Source of the DNA: a virus
Reading direction: 5' to 3' (one strand)
IMG/VR virus record: IMGVR_UViG_3300047457_000500
Span: 32,001-96,000 of that record
DNA length: 64,000 nt
Of this stretch, positions 21,398-30,870 are shown piece by piece. A model generated the notes under the pieces. That model worked only from the letters and a program-made list of their open reading frames with translations, was not told where the DNA came from and ran no database searches. How positions within the stretch are numbered: the stretch's first letter is position 1; each line of letters begins with the position of its first letter. A program made the position numbers and the translations under genes.

Positions 21398-21610
21398 CGT
21401 TATTCTCCTTAAGAATCTGTAATTACTAAAGTATACCAGAGTTTTTAATTTTACAAAACTCTTATGCTATTATTTAGGTTTATAGTTATTTAAAACTTAC
21501 TCTTGAATGATTTTGTGGAAAACATCTTAAACATATATCTAACTTAGCACCAGTAACTGGACATTGAGATGTTTCTATATTGTGACCTTTAAAAAAACAA
21601 ATTATCTTTT

Positions 21611-22267
21611 TCATAAACTTATCCACAAGTCTGTAACTACGTGAGAGTTTTTTGGAGCAATATCATATGCAATTGTTATTCTTGGCTTATCCTCATACCA
21701 ATCATCTCTGCCATGGGGATGTCCTGTTTCTGATACTATTGCCCTATTGTTTTTGTTATGATTTTCAAATAAATCATTTCCATTAATTTTATAGTATGTT
21801 ATGGATGGCTCTGCATTTACACAATAGTACCCGTGAAATATCGGGGCACCCAAACCTTCTGCATGATCATGAAAAAATATGTCATTTTTTAATGGACTTA
21901 CTCCAGACGTTCCTTGTGTTTTATAATCAAGGTTATACCAACCGTGTATCATAAAATCAGATTCATCAAAACTAATACCATAATAAGTACATGCATCTTT
22001 AGTTATATTACGTAAATGATTTTTTAAATTATTAATATTTTCATTATCAAAATTAAAAATATTATAGAAGCCACCTAACTGTGTTGTAGGACCATTACTT
22101 TTATCATACTTAGATAAAACATCTTCTGGTATATTTCCAACTGAACCAGAAAGAATATCTTCTTGTTTTAATAATAAATAATTAAATAAAGAGTCTAAAT
22201 CATTATCAATAAATGATTCAAAAAATTTATGTGGTGGCTTCATTGCTATCATAACAATGGGATCCAA
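21611..22267 (-). CDS. Putative 2OG-Fe(II) oxygenase
   Basis: GWYN...HDH...FHGYYCVNAEPS...HPH...RITIAYDI; paralog of 22249..22908. Confidence 0.6.
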   Translation of the reverse strand: MDPIVMIAMKPPHKFFESFIDNDLDSLFNYLLLKQEDILSGSVGNIPEDVLSKYDKSNGPTTQLGGFYNIFNFDNENINNLKNHLRNITKDACTYYGISFDESDFMIHGWYNLDYKTQGTSGVSPLKNDIFFHDHAEGLGAPIFHGYYCVNAEPSITYYKINGNDLFENHNKNNRAIVSETGHPHGRDDWYEDKPRITIAYDIAPKNSHVVTDLWISL

Positions 22268-22908
22268 TGCTGTTCGGCAGCATTTGCCCTAATTAAATAT
22301 TCCAATGGAATGATGTCGTAAGCGATTGTTATTCTTGGACCTTCCCAATCCCAATCTGCCATAGCATGCTGATGACCCATTTCAGAAACAATTAATTTAT
22401 TATCAATATTATGATGATCAACTGTTTCCCCATAAACATGATAATGTGTAGTAGAAGGTTCGGCCTTTACGCTGTAATATCCGTGAAAATTAGGAGCGCC
22501 TGGTTGACCATGATCGTGCCAATCTAATTTACCCTTACCTTTATGGGTTATATTAAACCATCCCTGGACCATAAAGTTTTGTGCATTAAAATCTATATCA
22601 TAATATTCGCATGCTTCTTTGGTTGCATCTTTAACACCTTTAAAAACATTATATATTTCTTCGCTATGAAACTGAAAAACATTATATTCTCTCCACTTTA
22701 CTGTGGAAGTGCTTCCAGATTTTACCCAATACTCGTGTCCTGCAGAACCTAAAGGAGTTACGCCATCTACTTCTGCTCGTTCTATTTTTTCATATCTATC
22801 AGATAAAAAATTAGCCAATTTTGTAAGATCATTGTCTAAATGTCTCTCAAAAAACTTATGAGGCTTTGTGCCAAATTTTGGCGTTGGAGTCATGCCTTGA
22901 TTTTGCAT
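22249..22908 (-). CDS. Putative 2OG-Fe(II) oxygenase
   Basis: GWFN...WHDH...FHGYYSVKAEPS...HQH...RITIAYDI (double-stranded beta-helix pattern). Confidence 0.6.
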   Translation of the reverse strand: MQNQGMTPTPKFGTKPHKFFERHLDNDLTKLANFLSDRYEKIERAEVDGVTPLGSAGHEYWVKSGSTSTVKWREYNVFQFHSEEIYNVFKGVKDATKEACEYYDIDFNAQNFMVQGWFNITHKGKGKLDWHDHGQPGAPNFHGYYSVKAEPSTTHYHVYGETVDHHNIDNKLIVSEMGHQHAMADWDWEGPRITIAYDIIPLEYLIRANAAEQHWIPLL

Positions 22909-22950
22909 TTTGTCTTACCTTTCTACTGTATTACTACAGTATACCACGTT

Positions 22951-24165
22951 TTAGCCCCAAGGAGCGAAGTTAAACGCTGGTGAGAAGCCGAACACGCCGA
23001 ATGGTGAGAAGCCGAACACACCGAATGGCGAGAAGCCGAACACGCCGAATGGCGAGAAGCCGAACACGCCGAATGGTGAGAATCCGAACACACCGAATGG
23101 TGAGAAGCCGAAGACTGAGAAAGGTGCGAAGGAAAACACACCGAATGGTGAGAAGCCGAAGACTGAGAACGGCGCAAAGGAAAATACACCAAACGGAGAG
23201 AATCCAAACACAGAAAACGGAGTAAACTGAAATGTTGTAACGCTAGAAGATGCAGAAGAATAATTTCCAGCACCATTAGCATTTTCTGCACGAACTTGGT
23301 AAGTTTGAGCAGTTCCACCTTCCTGATTTACAGAAACTGATGTTCCTGCTGTTGTTCCTGACTTTCCATCAGAAGATGTCCACGTATATTGTGTAATTGC
23401 CTTACCACCAGTTGCAGGTGCTGTCCAAGATACGTTATCTGTTGTTGTACCAGCCACGTTAACTCCAGCAGAAGGTGTTGGAGACGACGCTGACGGCGCA
23501 GACGGTGTTGCTGGAACAGTTGTTACTGTGACAGCAGAAGAAGCAGCAGATGCTGCCGAAGTACCATTAGCATTTGTTGCAGTAACTGTTAATGTTGGAG
23601 TTGCTCCTGTTGCATATCCTGTTGGAGCCAACGGAGAAGAAGCACCTGTTGCTGAGTATCCTCCACCAGATACTGTATAACTTGTTATTGACTTTCCACC
23701 AGTACCATTTGCAGTAAATGCTACAGAAACAGATCCATTATCGTATGGTCGATTTGTTCCAACATCTGTGGCTGATGAAATTGATGGTGCTTGTGGAACA
23801 GTGGTAGCAGTTACAGAAGATGATGTAGTTCCACTTGATGAACCTACAGCATTGTTTGCCTTTACAGTAAATGTATAGGCTGTATTTGACGCTAAACCTT
23901 CAAATGTTGTGCTTGTTCCTGATACTGTTTTTGAATATGTAGAAGGAGTAGTAGTAATAGTATAAGATGATGCTGCAGCAGACCCTTCAGGTAAAGACCA
24001 AGACAGAGATACAGAGCCACCTACACCAGATGCTCCTGCTTCTGTCGATGCTGCTGAAGCGGCATATGGACGATTTGTACCAACATCTGTTGCTGTTACA
24101 CTTGTTACATTTTCAGGCCAGGATTGGTTTCCTGTTACCTTACCAGTTCTTTTATTAACTGCCAT
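22951..24165 (-). CDS. Fibronectin type III repeat protein with C-terminal Phe-rich octapeptide repeats
   Basis: Three FN3-like units (W..P..G....Y, YTFTVKA.NA.G), then 10 x F(G/S)VF(G/S)F(S/A)P and AFNFAPWG. Confidence 0.75.
   Translation of the reverse strand: MAVNKRTGKVTGNQSWPENVTSVTATDVGTNRPYAASAASTEAGASGVGGSVSLSWSLPEGSAAASSYTITTTPSTYSKTVSGTSTTFEGLASNTAYTFTVKANNAVGSSSGTTSSSVTATTVPQAPSISSATDVGTNRPYDNGSVSVAFTANGTGGKSITSYTVSGGGYSATGASSPLAPTGYATGATPTLTVTATNANGTSAASAASSAVTVTTVPATPSAPSASSPTPSAGVNVAGTTTDNVSWTAPATGGKAITQYTWTSSDGKSGTTAGTSVSVNQEGGTAQTYQVRAENANGAGNYSSASSSVTTFQFTPFSVFGFSPFGVFSFAPFSVFGFSPFGVFSFAPFSVFGFSPFGVFGFSPFGVFGFSPFGVFGFSPFGVFGFSPFGVFGFSPAFNFAPWG
22978..23217 (-). repeat. 24-bp coding tandem repeat x10 (F[GS]VF[GS]F[SA]P)
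   Basis: Visible in DNA and protein; synonymous variation between units. Confidence 0.95.
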
Positions 24166-24196
24166 TACTATTTACTCCTTCTATATTAACTTTCGA

Positions 24197-26071
24197 TTAG
24201 GCTGTGGCTAGGTCGCCAAGAAGTACCCAAGTGTCAGTTGCTCTCTTAAATAGAGTTGCAGATGACCATTGTGCTCTTAAATAAGCACCAGGAGTAGAAT
24301 TAACTACAACTCCAGATGCACCTACTATTCGTACACCGCCTGTGTTTGTACGAAGAATGTCAATTGATGTTCCAACTGGATATGCAACTGATGCATTGGT
24401 TGGAATTGTAATATCTACAGCAGTTCCACCAGTGTGAGATACTTCAATTAAAGAATCTCTTTCTGAAAGAGCAGATAATGTATATGCTGCAGTCTTTTGT
24501 GTAATTGGTGTGCGTGAAGGAACACCTTCCTTTGTCTGTGTGCCATCTGAGAAGACAACGCCAGATGAAGGGGTTACAGTTGTTGCTTCAAGTGCTGCAA
24601 CTGCAAGGTTATCAAGTGATCCCTGACCAAAGTTAACTGTTGTTGAAGGTTCTGTAGTTACACCCTTAAACAACTTCCACTTATCGTCAGATACGTCTCT
24701 AACGATACCTGAGTGCTTTGCTGCACCATCATTATATGCTACAACAAGACCAAGGTCTACGGTGTTTGCTGCATTTTGATGAGCAAGTTGAACCATATTA
24801 TCTTCAATTACGATAGATGTTGAACTTGCATTAAATGTTGTACCATTAACAGTTAAGTTTCCGTCAACTGTAAGGTTTTGATCAATTTCTACTGAACCCG
24901 TAAATGTTGCACCAGATAATGAAGCCTTTGCATCAAGTGCTGTCTGTGTAGCAGTTGATACTGGCTTGTCTGCATCTGCTGTATTATCAACATTTGCAAG
25001 ACCAACCATAGCCTTTGTAACTCCAGATACTGTTCCAGTAAATGTTGGTGATGCTAATGGTGCCTTAAGATCAAGAGCAGACTGTGTTGCAGTTGAAATT
25101 GGCTTGTTAGCATCTGATGTGTTATCAACATTTGCAAGTCCTACTGAAGACTTTGTTAAGGCTCCTACTGCTGTTGAAACTGCATTGTCAGCGTATGTTT
25201 TTGTAGCAAGTGCTGCTGTATCTGCAATTCCATGTACGTTTGTAGTTGCTACATTATGAGCAGTTAAGTCTGCTGTAGCAGATAAGCCTACTGCTGAGGC
25301 TGCGTTATCTGCATATGTCTTTGTAGCAAGTGCTGATGTGTCTGGAATTCCATGAACGTCTGCTGTATCAGAACTGTGATTTCCTACTGCTGTGCTAATT
25401 GCATCGTTTCTATCAGAAACCTCAGTAGTAATTGCTGTATCGATTGCCAAGTTTCTATCAGAAACTTCTGTTGCAATTTCATTTCCTATAGCAGCATCTC
25501 TATCTAAAACTTCTTGAGCAATAGCATTATCGATTGCTAAATCTCTAGCAGAAACTTCTAAAGCAATTGCATCTGAAACTGCAGTATTACGATCTAATAC
25601 TTCTTGTGCGATAGCATCAGAAATTGCATCTGCACGATTTAAAACTTCTTGCCCTATGGCATCAGAAATTGCATCATTTCTATTATTTACTTCTAATGAA
25701 ATTGCTTCATTTACTGAGTTTGATAGATCTACTTGATATACAAGGTTTGCTGTATTAGAGATTCCATGTACGCTTGTTGTTTCGTCATTGTGATCTTCTA
25801 TATACTGAGTTAACTCTGCATCTAATGCCACACCCTGTGGTATTAATGCGATATCGATCATACCTTGTGCATTAAGCGTTACTAATCCGCCAACTCCATC
25901 AAGGCCATCTAAATTTTTAAAGTAAGAGAGAGCAGACCATGCCGAAGACCCGTTTCCAATTTTGAACTGGTTGGTATCGGTTTCAAATCCGATTTCTCCT
26001 GCTGCTAAAGTTGGATTCGCTGCAATCCATTGTGCTGCAGTTCCTCTGCGTTGCTGCATTCTTGTTGCCAT
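24197..26071 (-). CDS. Tail fibre-like protein with Mtd_N-type N-terminus
   Basis: QRRGTAAQW..NPTLAAGEIGFETDT..KIGNG..W..L.Y; 15-aa EV.DR..AI repeats; VGLANVDNT.D..KP.STATQ repeats; C-terminal WVLLGDL domain. Confidence 0.7.
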   Translation of the reverse strand: MATRMQQRRGTAAQWIAANPTLAAGEIGFETDTNQFKIGNGSSAWSALSYFKNLDGLDGVGGLVTLNAQGMIDIALIPQGVALDAELTQYIEDHNDETTSVHGISNTANLVYQVDLSNSVNEAISLEVNNRNDAISDAIGQEVLNRADAISDAIAQEVLDRNTAVSDAIALEVSARDLAIDNAIAQEVLDRDAAIGNEIATEVSDRNLAIDTAITTEVSDRNDAISTAVGNHSSDTADVHGIPDTSALATKTYADNAASAVGLSATADLTAHNVATTNVHGIADTAALATKTYADNAVSTAVGALTKSSVGLANVDNTSDANKPISTATQSALDLKAPLASPTFTGTVSGVTKAMVGLANVDNTADADKPVSTATQTALDAKASLSGATFTGSVEIDQNLTVDGNLTVNGTTFNASSTSIVIEDNMVQLAHQNAANTVDLGLVVAYNDGAAKHSGIVRDVSDDKWKLFKGVTTEPSTTVNFGQGSLDNLAVAALEATTVTPSSGVVFSDGTQTKEGVPSRTPITQKTAAYTLSALSERDSLIEVSHTGGTAVDITIPTNASVAYPVGTSIDILRTNTGGVRIVGASGVVVNSTPGAYLRAQWSSATLFKRATDTWVLLGDLATA

Positions 26072-26135
26072 ATTTTATTCTCTCCTTATGGTATTTCTAC
26101 CAGTTTATTTCTGTGCCAATTATAACATCAATTTT

Positions 26136-26591
26136 TTAATTGAAATTATCTACAGCACTACCTCCATCGAATACCAAAGTCCATTCAGTTGTTGATGGTC
26201 CTCCAGCATCCAAACCTACACCCTGTGGGCTATTAAATGATGCTCCATCGTAGAACTGCGACACTATGAAGCCAGTTCCATCGATTGCTGTATCGTGAAT
26301 ATGCTGTGGAAGGTTTTGTGTATCATCTATCGTTGCTTGTGTATACCAAACACCGTTATAATAAAAGTTAACTCTATTGGTTAACGTATCCAACCACTGT
26401 GTTCCATTTGATGGTGAAGAGGGAGGGGTAGTCCCGACAGCCATTGATCCAGTCAATGAGTCTACATACTGCTTAGTTGCTGCATGATTATTATCTGTAG
26501 GTGTTCCTACTACTACAGCACCTCCAAAACTACCGCCATTTGTGACGACTAGTCCGTTCTTGACTTTAAAATCTTTATCTACTGTTGCCAA
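26136..26591 (-). CDS. Virion accessory/fibre protein
   Basis: MATVDKDFKVKNGL N-terminus shared with 26621..28501; DGG motifs; TTG start. Confidence 0.55.
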   Translation of the reverse strand: MATVDKDFKVKNGLVVTNGGSFGGAVVVGTPTDNNHAATKQYVDSLTGSMAVGTTPPSSPSNGTQWLDTLTNRVNFYYNGVWYTQATIDDTQNLPQHIHDTAIDGTGFIVSQFYDGASFNSPQGVGLDAGGPSTTEWTLVFDGGSAVDNFN

Positions 26592-26620
26592 GATCTACCA
26601 CTCCCTTTTCATTTATTTTT

Positions 26621-28501
26621 TTACTTTAAAAGCGTTCCAACAACAGCAACTGTTGAGTTGTTATTATCGGTTGTAACACGAAGACGAACATCGTCTCCAG
26701 ATACGTCTGCTGAAACTGATCCAAGTGAACCATTTGTTCCAACCATTGCGTATTCTGTAATAGCGACGTTGTCTGATGTATCAAGTGTTAAGATAACTTT
26801 TGAAACCTCTGTATGTGTTCCGTTTGCAATCTTAACAAGGAATTCAGCAGAACGGAAGTCTGCCTTAGTCCATGAAACTGCTGTGCTTGTGCTTGCAGTT
26901 GCGACAGTTGCCTGTGCTGCTACCTGCTTTGCTACAGAAGCAATATCTACTGCAGGGAAGTCTGGAGTAACTGCTTCAAGAGCAGAAACTGCACGAGCAT
27001 CTGTAAAGTATAGATTTGTTGTTCCTTCTGCAAGATCGTCTGTATCAGAATCTGCAACACCGTTTTCTGCAGTGATTGTTAGATTATCTGATCCATCCTT
27101 TGTAATTATGATATTTGTCTTCGTTGCATTTGCAAGAAGTGTTGCTGCCTCTGCCTTAGCACGAGCAGCAGTGTAGTAAAGGTTTGTACCTTCTTCAATG
27201 TCTGTTGTGGTAAGTGCATTGATTGCATTATTAATTGCAGCATTACGATCAGTTACTTCGTCAGCAACCAATCCGTCTGCATAAACCTTTGCATTTTGTT
27301 CTGCAGTAAGTGCTACACCATCAGCATAATTTTCATATGCAGAGGTAATTGCAATTTCACGAGCATCTGTATGAGCAATTGCTGCATCTTCTGCTGCGTC
27401 TGCCTTAGCCTGTGAACCAACAACAGTTTCGGTTACTGCTGTATCAATTTCAAATGTTGTTCCATCAAGTGTTAAACCGTTTCCAGCAAGGTATGTACCT
27501 TGACCTGAGAACTGTGTCCAATCTTGACCAGCAAAAGATGCTAAGTAATGATCAGACTGTACCCATGCTGTTGATGCATAGTTATTGCCTTCCATTACGA
27601 AGACTGCTGCTCCTACTAATTCAGAGAAAGCGTCTGCATCTGCTGGGCGTGAAGCAACAAGTGTTGCTCCAGAAGCAGAAAGTTCCCAGATACCATTTTC
27701 AGAATCAGTTGTTTGTCCTGTAAGAAGCAAACGATATCCAGCATCATTAATATCAAGTGGTGCGTGACCATCAATTACTGCACCTACAAAATCTCCTGCT
27801 ACATTTACGTTAGATGTTGCAAGAAGATTTACTGCTGCCTTCCAGTTAAGACCAGATGAGAGACCATCTGCATATGCCTTAGCATTATTTTCTGCAGTAA
27901 GTGCTGCTGCATCTGCATAGTTGTTTGAACGAGTTACCTCAGCAGCAATTTCATCATCTGTGTAAGAGTTGGCATCTGCAAGTGCTGCATTAGCCTTTGT
28001 TGTAGCATCTGATGCTGCATCTGCAATTGCATCATTCTTAGCAAGAAGAATTGCTGCATCACGAGCAATTACTTCGTCAGAGATTTCTCCGTCTGTGTAT
28101 TGCTGTGCTGCAAGAATTGCATCTGCCTCAGCATCTGCTGCTGCACCAATTGTATCCCACAAACCAGTGTTTGCAGTTACTGCTCTTGCATCTGTAAAAT
28201 ATTTATTTGATGCACCTTCTGAAAGGTCATCTGTATCATGGTTTGAAAGTGAAGAAACTGTACCAGTTACATCACCAACAAGGTCTGCTGTTATTGTTCC
28301 AGCAGCAAAGTTGCCTGAGCCATCACGCTTTACAACTGTGTTTGGTGTATTTGCTGAATCTGAGGATCCACCAATGAGACCAATAATATAATCTTGGTCG
28401 TCTTCCTTCTTTGTAAGAATGTCAAAATTGTCGATGGTACCTGTTGTGCCTTCAACAATAAGACCATGCTTTACTTTAAAGTCTTTATTTACTGTTGCCA
28501 T
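26621..28501 (-). CDS. Fibre-like structural protein
   Basis: TDDL.EG..N.Y.T.ARA repeats; RLLLTGQT..ENGIW; Ala-rich coiled segments. Confidence 0.6.
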   Translation of the reverse strand: MATVNKDFKVKHGLIVEGTTGTIDNFDILTKKEDDQDYIIGLIGGSSDSANTPNTVVKRDGSGNFAAGTITADLVGDVTGTVSSLSNHDTDDLSEGASNKYFTDARAVTANTGLWDTIGAAADAEADAILAAQQYTDGEISDEVIARDAAILLAKNDAIADAASDATTKANAALADANSYTDDEIAAEVTRSNNYADAAALTAENNAKAYADGLSSGLNWKAAVNLLATSNVNVAGDFVGAVIDGHAPLDINDAGYRLLLTGQTTDSENGIWELSASGATLVASRPADADAFSELVGAAVFVMEGNNYASTAWVQSDHYLASFAGQDWTQFSGQGTYLAGNGLTLDGTTFEIDTAVTETVVGSQAKADAAEDAAIAHTDAREIAITSAYENYADGVALTAEQNAKVYADGLVADEVTDRNAAINNAINALTTTDIEEGTNLYYTAARAKAEAATLLANATKTNIIITKDGSDNLTITAENGVADSDTDDLAEGTTNLYFTDARAVSALEAVTPDFPAVDIASVAKQVAAQATVATASTSTAVSWTKADFRSAEFLVKIANGTHTEVSKVILTLDTSDNVAITEYAMVGTNGSLGSVSADVSGDDVRLRVTTDNNNSTVAVVGTLLK

Positions 28502-28516
28502 TTATTATCTCCTTGT

Positions 28517-28963
28517 TTATGCCTTAAGTCCAATTCGTGCGTAACGAACTGTGACTGGCTTAATTGTTGGGTCTGGTGTAACAGTTAATGAAACTGTATT
28601 ACCTACCCTAGAGACGCTAACGGTGCCAATATTCCCATCATTGTCTATTGTGCCATATTCAGAGACGTTTACATTTGTACCGTCTACCAAAATGGTCAAC
28701 TCTGTTGCGTAAAATTTGTTATCTCCTGCAGTTACTTTTGCAATAGAAACAAGATACTTAACCATACGCCATTCTGTGGCGTCAAAATTGTCAATCACAG
28801 TAGCATTTTCAATGCCAGAGATTGTGTTTTCATTATTACCCATTGAACCAAGATCTGTTGAACGGGCTGAGGCTGAATCAATTAAATCCTCATAGTCCTG
28901 CTGTGTGGGACGATCACCAGTTTGAAATTTTGTTTTCAATGTTGGAATTGATATTTTTGCCAT
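28517..28963 (-). CDS. Structural accessory protein
   Basis: FQTGDRPTQQDYEDLID; C-terminal domain resembles the end of 26621..28501. Confidence 0.5.
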   Translation of the reverse strand: MAKISIPTLKTKFQTGDRPTQQDYEDLIDSASARSTDLGSMGNNENTISGIENATVIDNFDATEWRMVKYLVSIAKVTAGDNKFYATELTILVDGTNVNVSEYGTIDNDGNIGTVSVSRVGNTVSLTVTPDPTIKPVTVRYARIGLKA

Positions 28964-28991
28964 GGCCTTATTATAACTCCTTTTTTATATT

Positions 28992-29213
28992 TTAAAGAAT
29001 CCAGTTGCTAAAACCAATAACTTGTAGTGGAATTGGTGGCGGATTAGAAGAACTGTACCCTTCAATATTTATAGATTTAAACCTTACCCTAAAGGGCAAG
29101 TCATGTTTGATTGTTGCTGTTGGAGCAATTAGGTTTATTTGTTTTACAGAATAGTCAAGTGGTTTAATGTATTTGGTTTTATGTTGTATGGTTGATAGTG
29201 TTGCTCTTGCCAT
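28992..29213 (-). CDS. Hypothetical protein
   Basis: ORF coupled to upstream gene (TAATG). Confidence 0.5.
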   Translation of the reverse strand: MARATLSTIQHKTKYIKPLDYSVKQINLIAPTATIKHDLPFRVRFKSINIEGYSSSNPPPIPLQVIGFSNWIL

Positions 29214-29617
29214 TAATCAGTTACATCTTCAAGTATCTTCATGCTACCCTGACAAACTGTCCAGACTCTTGTAGCATCAGATAATTGAATATCAAAGATG
29301 TCCCCTGTTTCTAAAATTACTGATTGATCTGAAGTTAACCAAACAGTAAACTCTCCAACCAAATCATCAGCGTCTGCTTCTGGATTTAATTCCATAACTA
29401 ATGTGGCGTCGTCCGTAATAACTCCAAGGTCTGATGTATTGTTAGGTCTTTTAATTTTCATATTAATATTCCAATCTGGAATAATTAATGGTTCTCCAGC
29501 ATCATCAACAACATAAACTTTAAAACCAGATGTATCTCCACGAACAACAGTCCAAATAACTGTAGGTGGTTTTTCACCTATATCATAAGAAGAAGCGGAT
29601 CCACGAAAATTTGCCAT
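29213..29617 (-). CDS. BppU-N-like baseplate/fibre adaptor
   Basis: WTVVRGDT...FDIQL...G; paralog of 33850..34248 and 36084..36470. Confidence 0.5.
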   Translation of the reverse strand: MANFRGSASSYDIGEKPPTVIWTVVRGDTSGFKVYVVDDAGEPLIIPDWNINMKIKRPNNTSDLGVITDDATLVMELNPEADADDLVGEFTVWLTSDQSVILETGDIFDIQLSDATRVWTVCQGSMKILEDVTD

Positions 29618-29634
29618 GTTGTGATTATATCATA

Positions 29635-30192
29635 TTAGGCTAATCCAGCCTTCAATGCTCCCCAAGTTCCATTTCCTTTTGCTTGTATAACTATTACTCC
29701 ATCATTAACGGATGATAGTCCAACTACCCCGATTACTCCGCCAGTTGCAGTTGTTGTTAAGGCTCCAGAAGAATTTACATATAATAAATCACCTGCTTGA
29801 AATGATGAAGTATTTATTCCTGGTCCAGATAAAACTCCAGAAACTACTACCTCTCCAATTCCTCCATTTGCAGTTATCTCTGTTTTAGTTAATCCTAAAA
29901 ACGGATAATTATCTGAAAGTTCTGAAGTAAAAGGTTTAATAACTGTTCTACCGTCATGCTGTCCTCTTTCCTGATTTAATTCAGGATTAAACCAAGTCGC
30001 TGCATATACTGGTCTACCAGCGCCAATATTATCTTGTGTTTTATTAATAACTTTAACTCTAACATTAGATACATCTAAAGATTGTAGGGCTGAATCAACA
30101 GAGTCTGCTAATTTTTTAATATCATTATGAACATTTACAGAATCTGTTGCTTCTGGAAACTTTAAACCATAATTATCTGTTATATCGGCCAT
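29635..30192 (-). CDS. Structural accessory protein (cement/fibre-like)
   Basis: GEVVVSGV..INTS.F..GD.LYV...G; start moved to ATG 30192 behind TGATATAAT. Confidence 0.5.
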   Translation of the reverse strand: MADITDNYGLKFPEATDSVNVHNDIKKLADSVDSALQSLDVSNVRVKVINKTQDNIGAGRPVYAATWFNPELNQERGQHDGRTVIKPFTSELSDNYPFLGLTKTEITANGGIGEVVVSGVLSGPGINTSSFQAGDLLYVNSSGALTTTATGGVIGVVGLSSVNDGVIVIQAKGNGTWGALKAGLA

Positions 30193-30297
30193 AGAAAACA
30201 ATTATATCATTATTTGACTAAATGGCCTAAATTGTGTTATACTAGGAAGTAATATGGCACCCCTAAAAAGGTGTCATTCGTTTCTAAGGAGGAAACT

Positions 30298-30861
30298 ATG
30301 ATTACTTTTATGAATAATAACAAGAATATCATTGGCACACTCAGCATATTGGCTATGTTTTCCGTTTGGTCAAACGTGGCTAATGCTTCTGAAAACCGAT
30401 TAGACGATAGTAAACCTATCGTGCTTGAAGAAATAGTAGAGGCCACGCAAGTGGCCAAAAGTGTTTCTGAGGCTAAAGAAGATCAGTTAGAAAAATACAA
30501 AAATGCTGTAAATCTATCTGACAAAGACCTTAAAAATCTACTACGTTTAGTAGGGTTTGAAGGTCAAAAACTAAAGGAGGCTTGGGCTATTGCTAAAAAA
30601 GAATCTGGCGGTAGACCAATGGCGCTAAACCTTAGTAAAAGAACTGGAGATAGTTCTTATGGCTTATTTCAAATAAATATGATTGGCGACCTTGGTCCTG
30701 AGCGTAGAGATAAGTTTAAGTTAGAATCAAACTATGAGTTATTTAATCCAGTATTGAATGCTCAAGTTGCGTTTCATATGTCTAACGGTGGTGAAAATTG
30801 GATTGCCTGGAAAGGTATCACCCCAAGAACACAAGAGTGGTTAAATAAATTTCCACATTAA
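30298..30861 (+). CDS. SLT/lysozyme-like transglycosylase with N-terminal signal peptide
   Basis: AWAIAKKESGG...N...GDSSYGLFQINM...N...A...W.AW; hydrophobic N-terminus with ANA cleavage-like site; SD AAGGAGG before ATG 30298. Confidence 0.8.
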   Translation: MITFMNNNKNIIGTLSILAMFSVWSNVANASENRLDDSKPIVLEEIVEATQVAKSVSEAKEDQLEKYKNAVNLSDKDLKNLLRLVGFEGQKLKEAWAIAKKESGGRPMALNLSKRTGDSSYGLFQINMIGDLGPERRDKFKLESNYELFNPVLNAQVAFHMSNGGENWIAWKGITPRTQEWLNKFPH

Positions 30862-30870
30862 TTAAATGTT

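Noticed and set aside
21619-21627. DnaA box TTATCCACA (also TGTGGATAA at 59980)
   Set aside because: Single copies, one inside coding sequence (Leu-Trp-Ile) and one explained by the pseudoknot stem
22978-23217. 24-bp repeats as a CRISPR array
   Set aside because: Contiguous tandem coding repeats with no spacers and no cas genes
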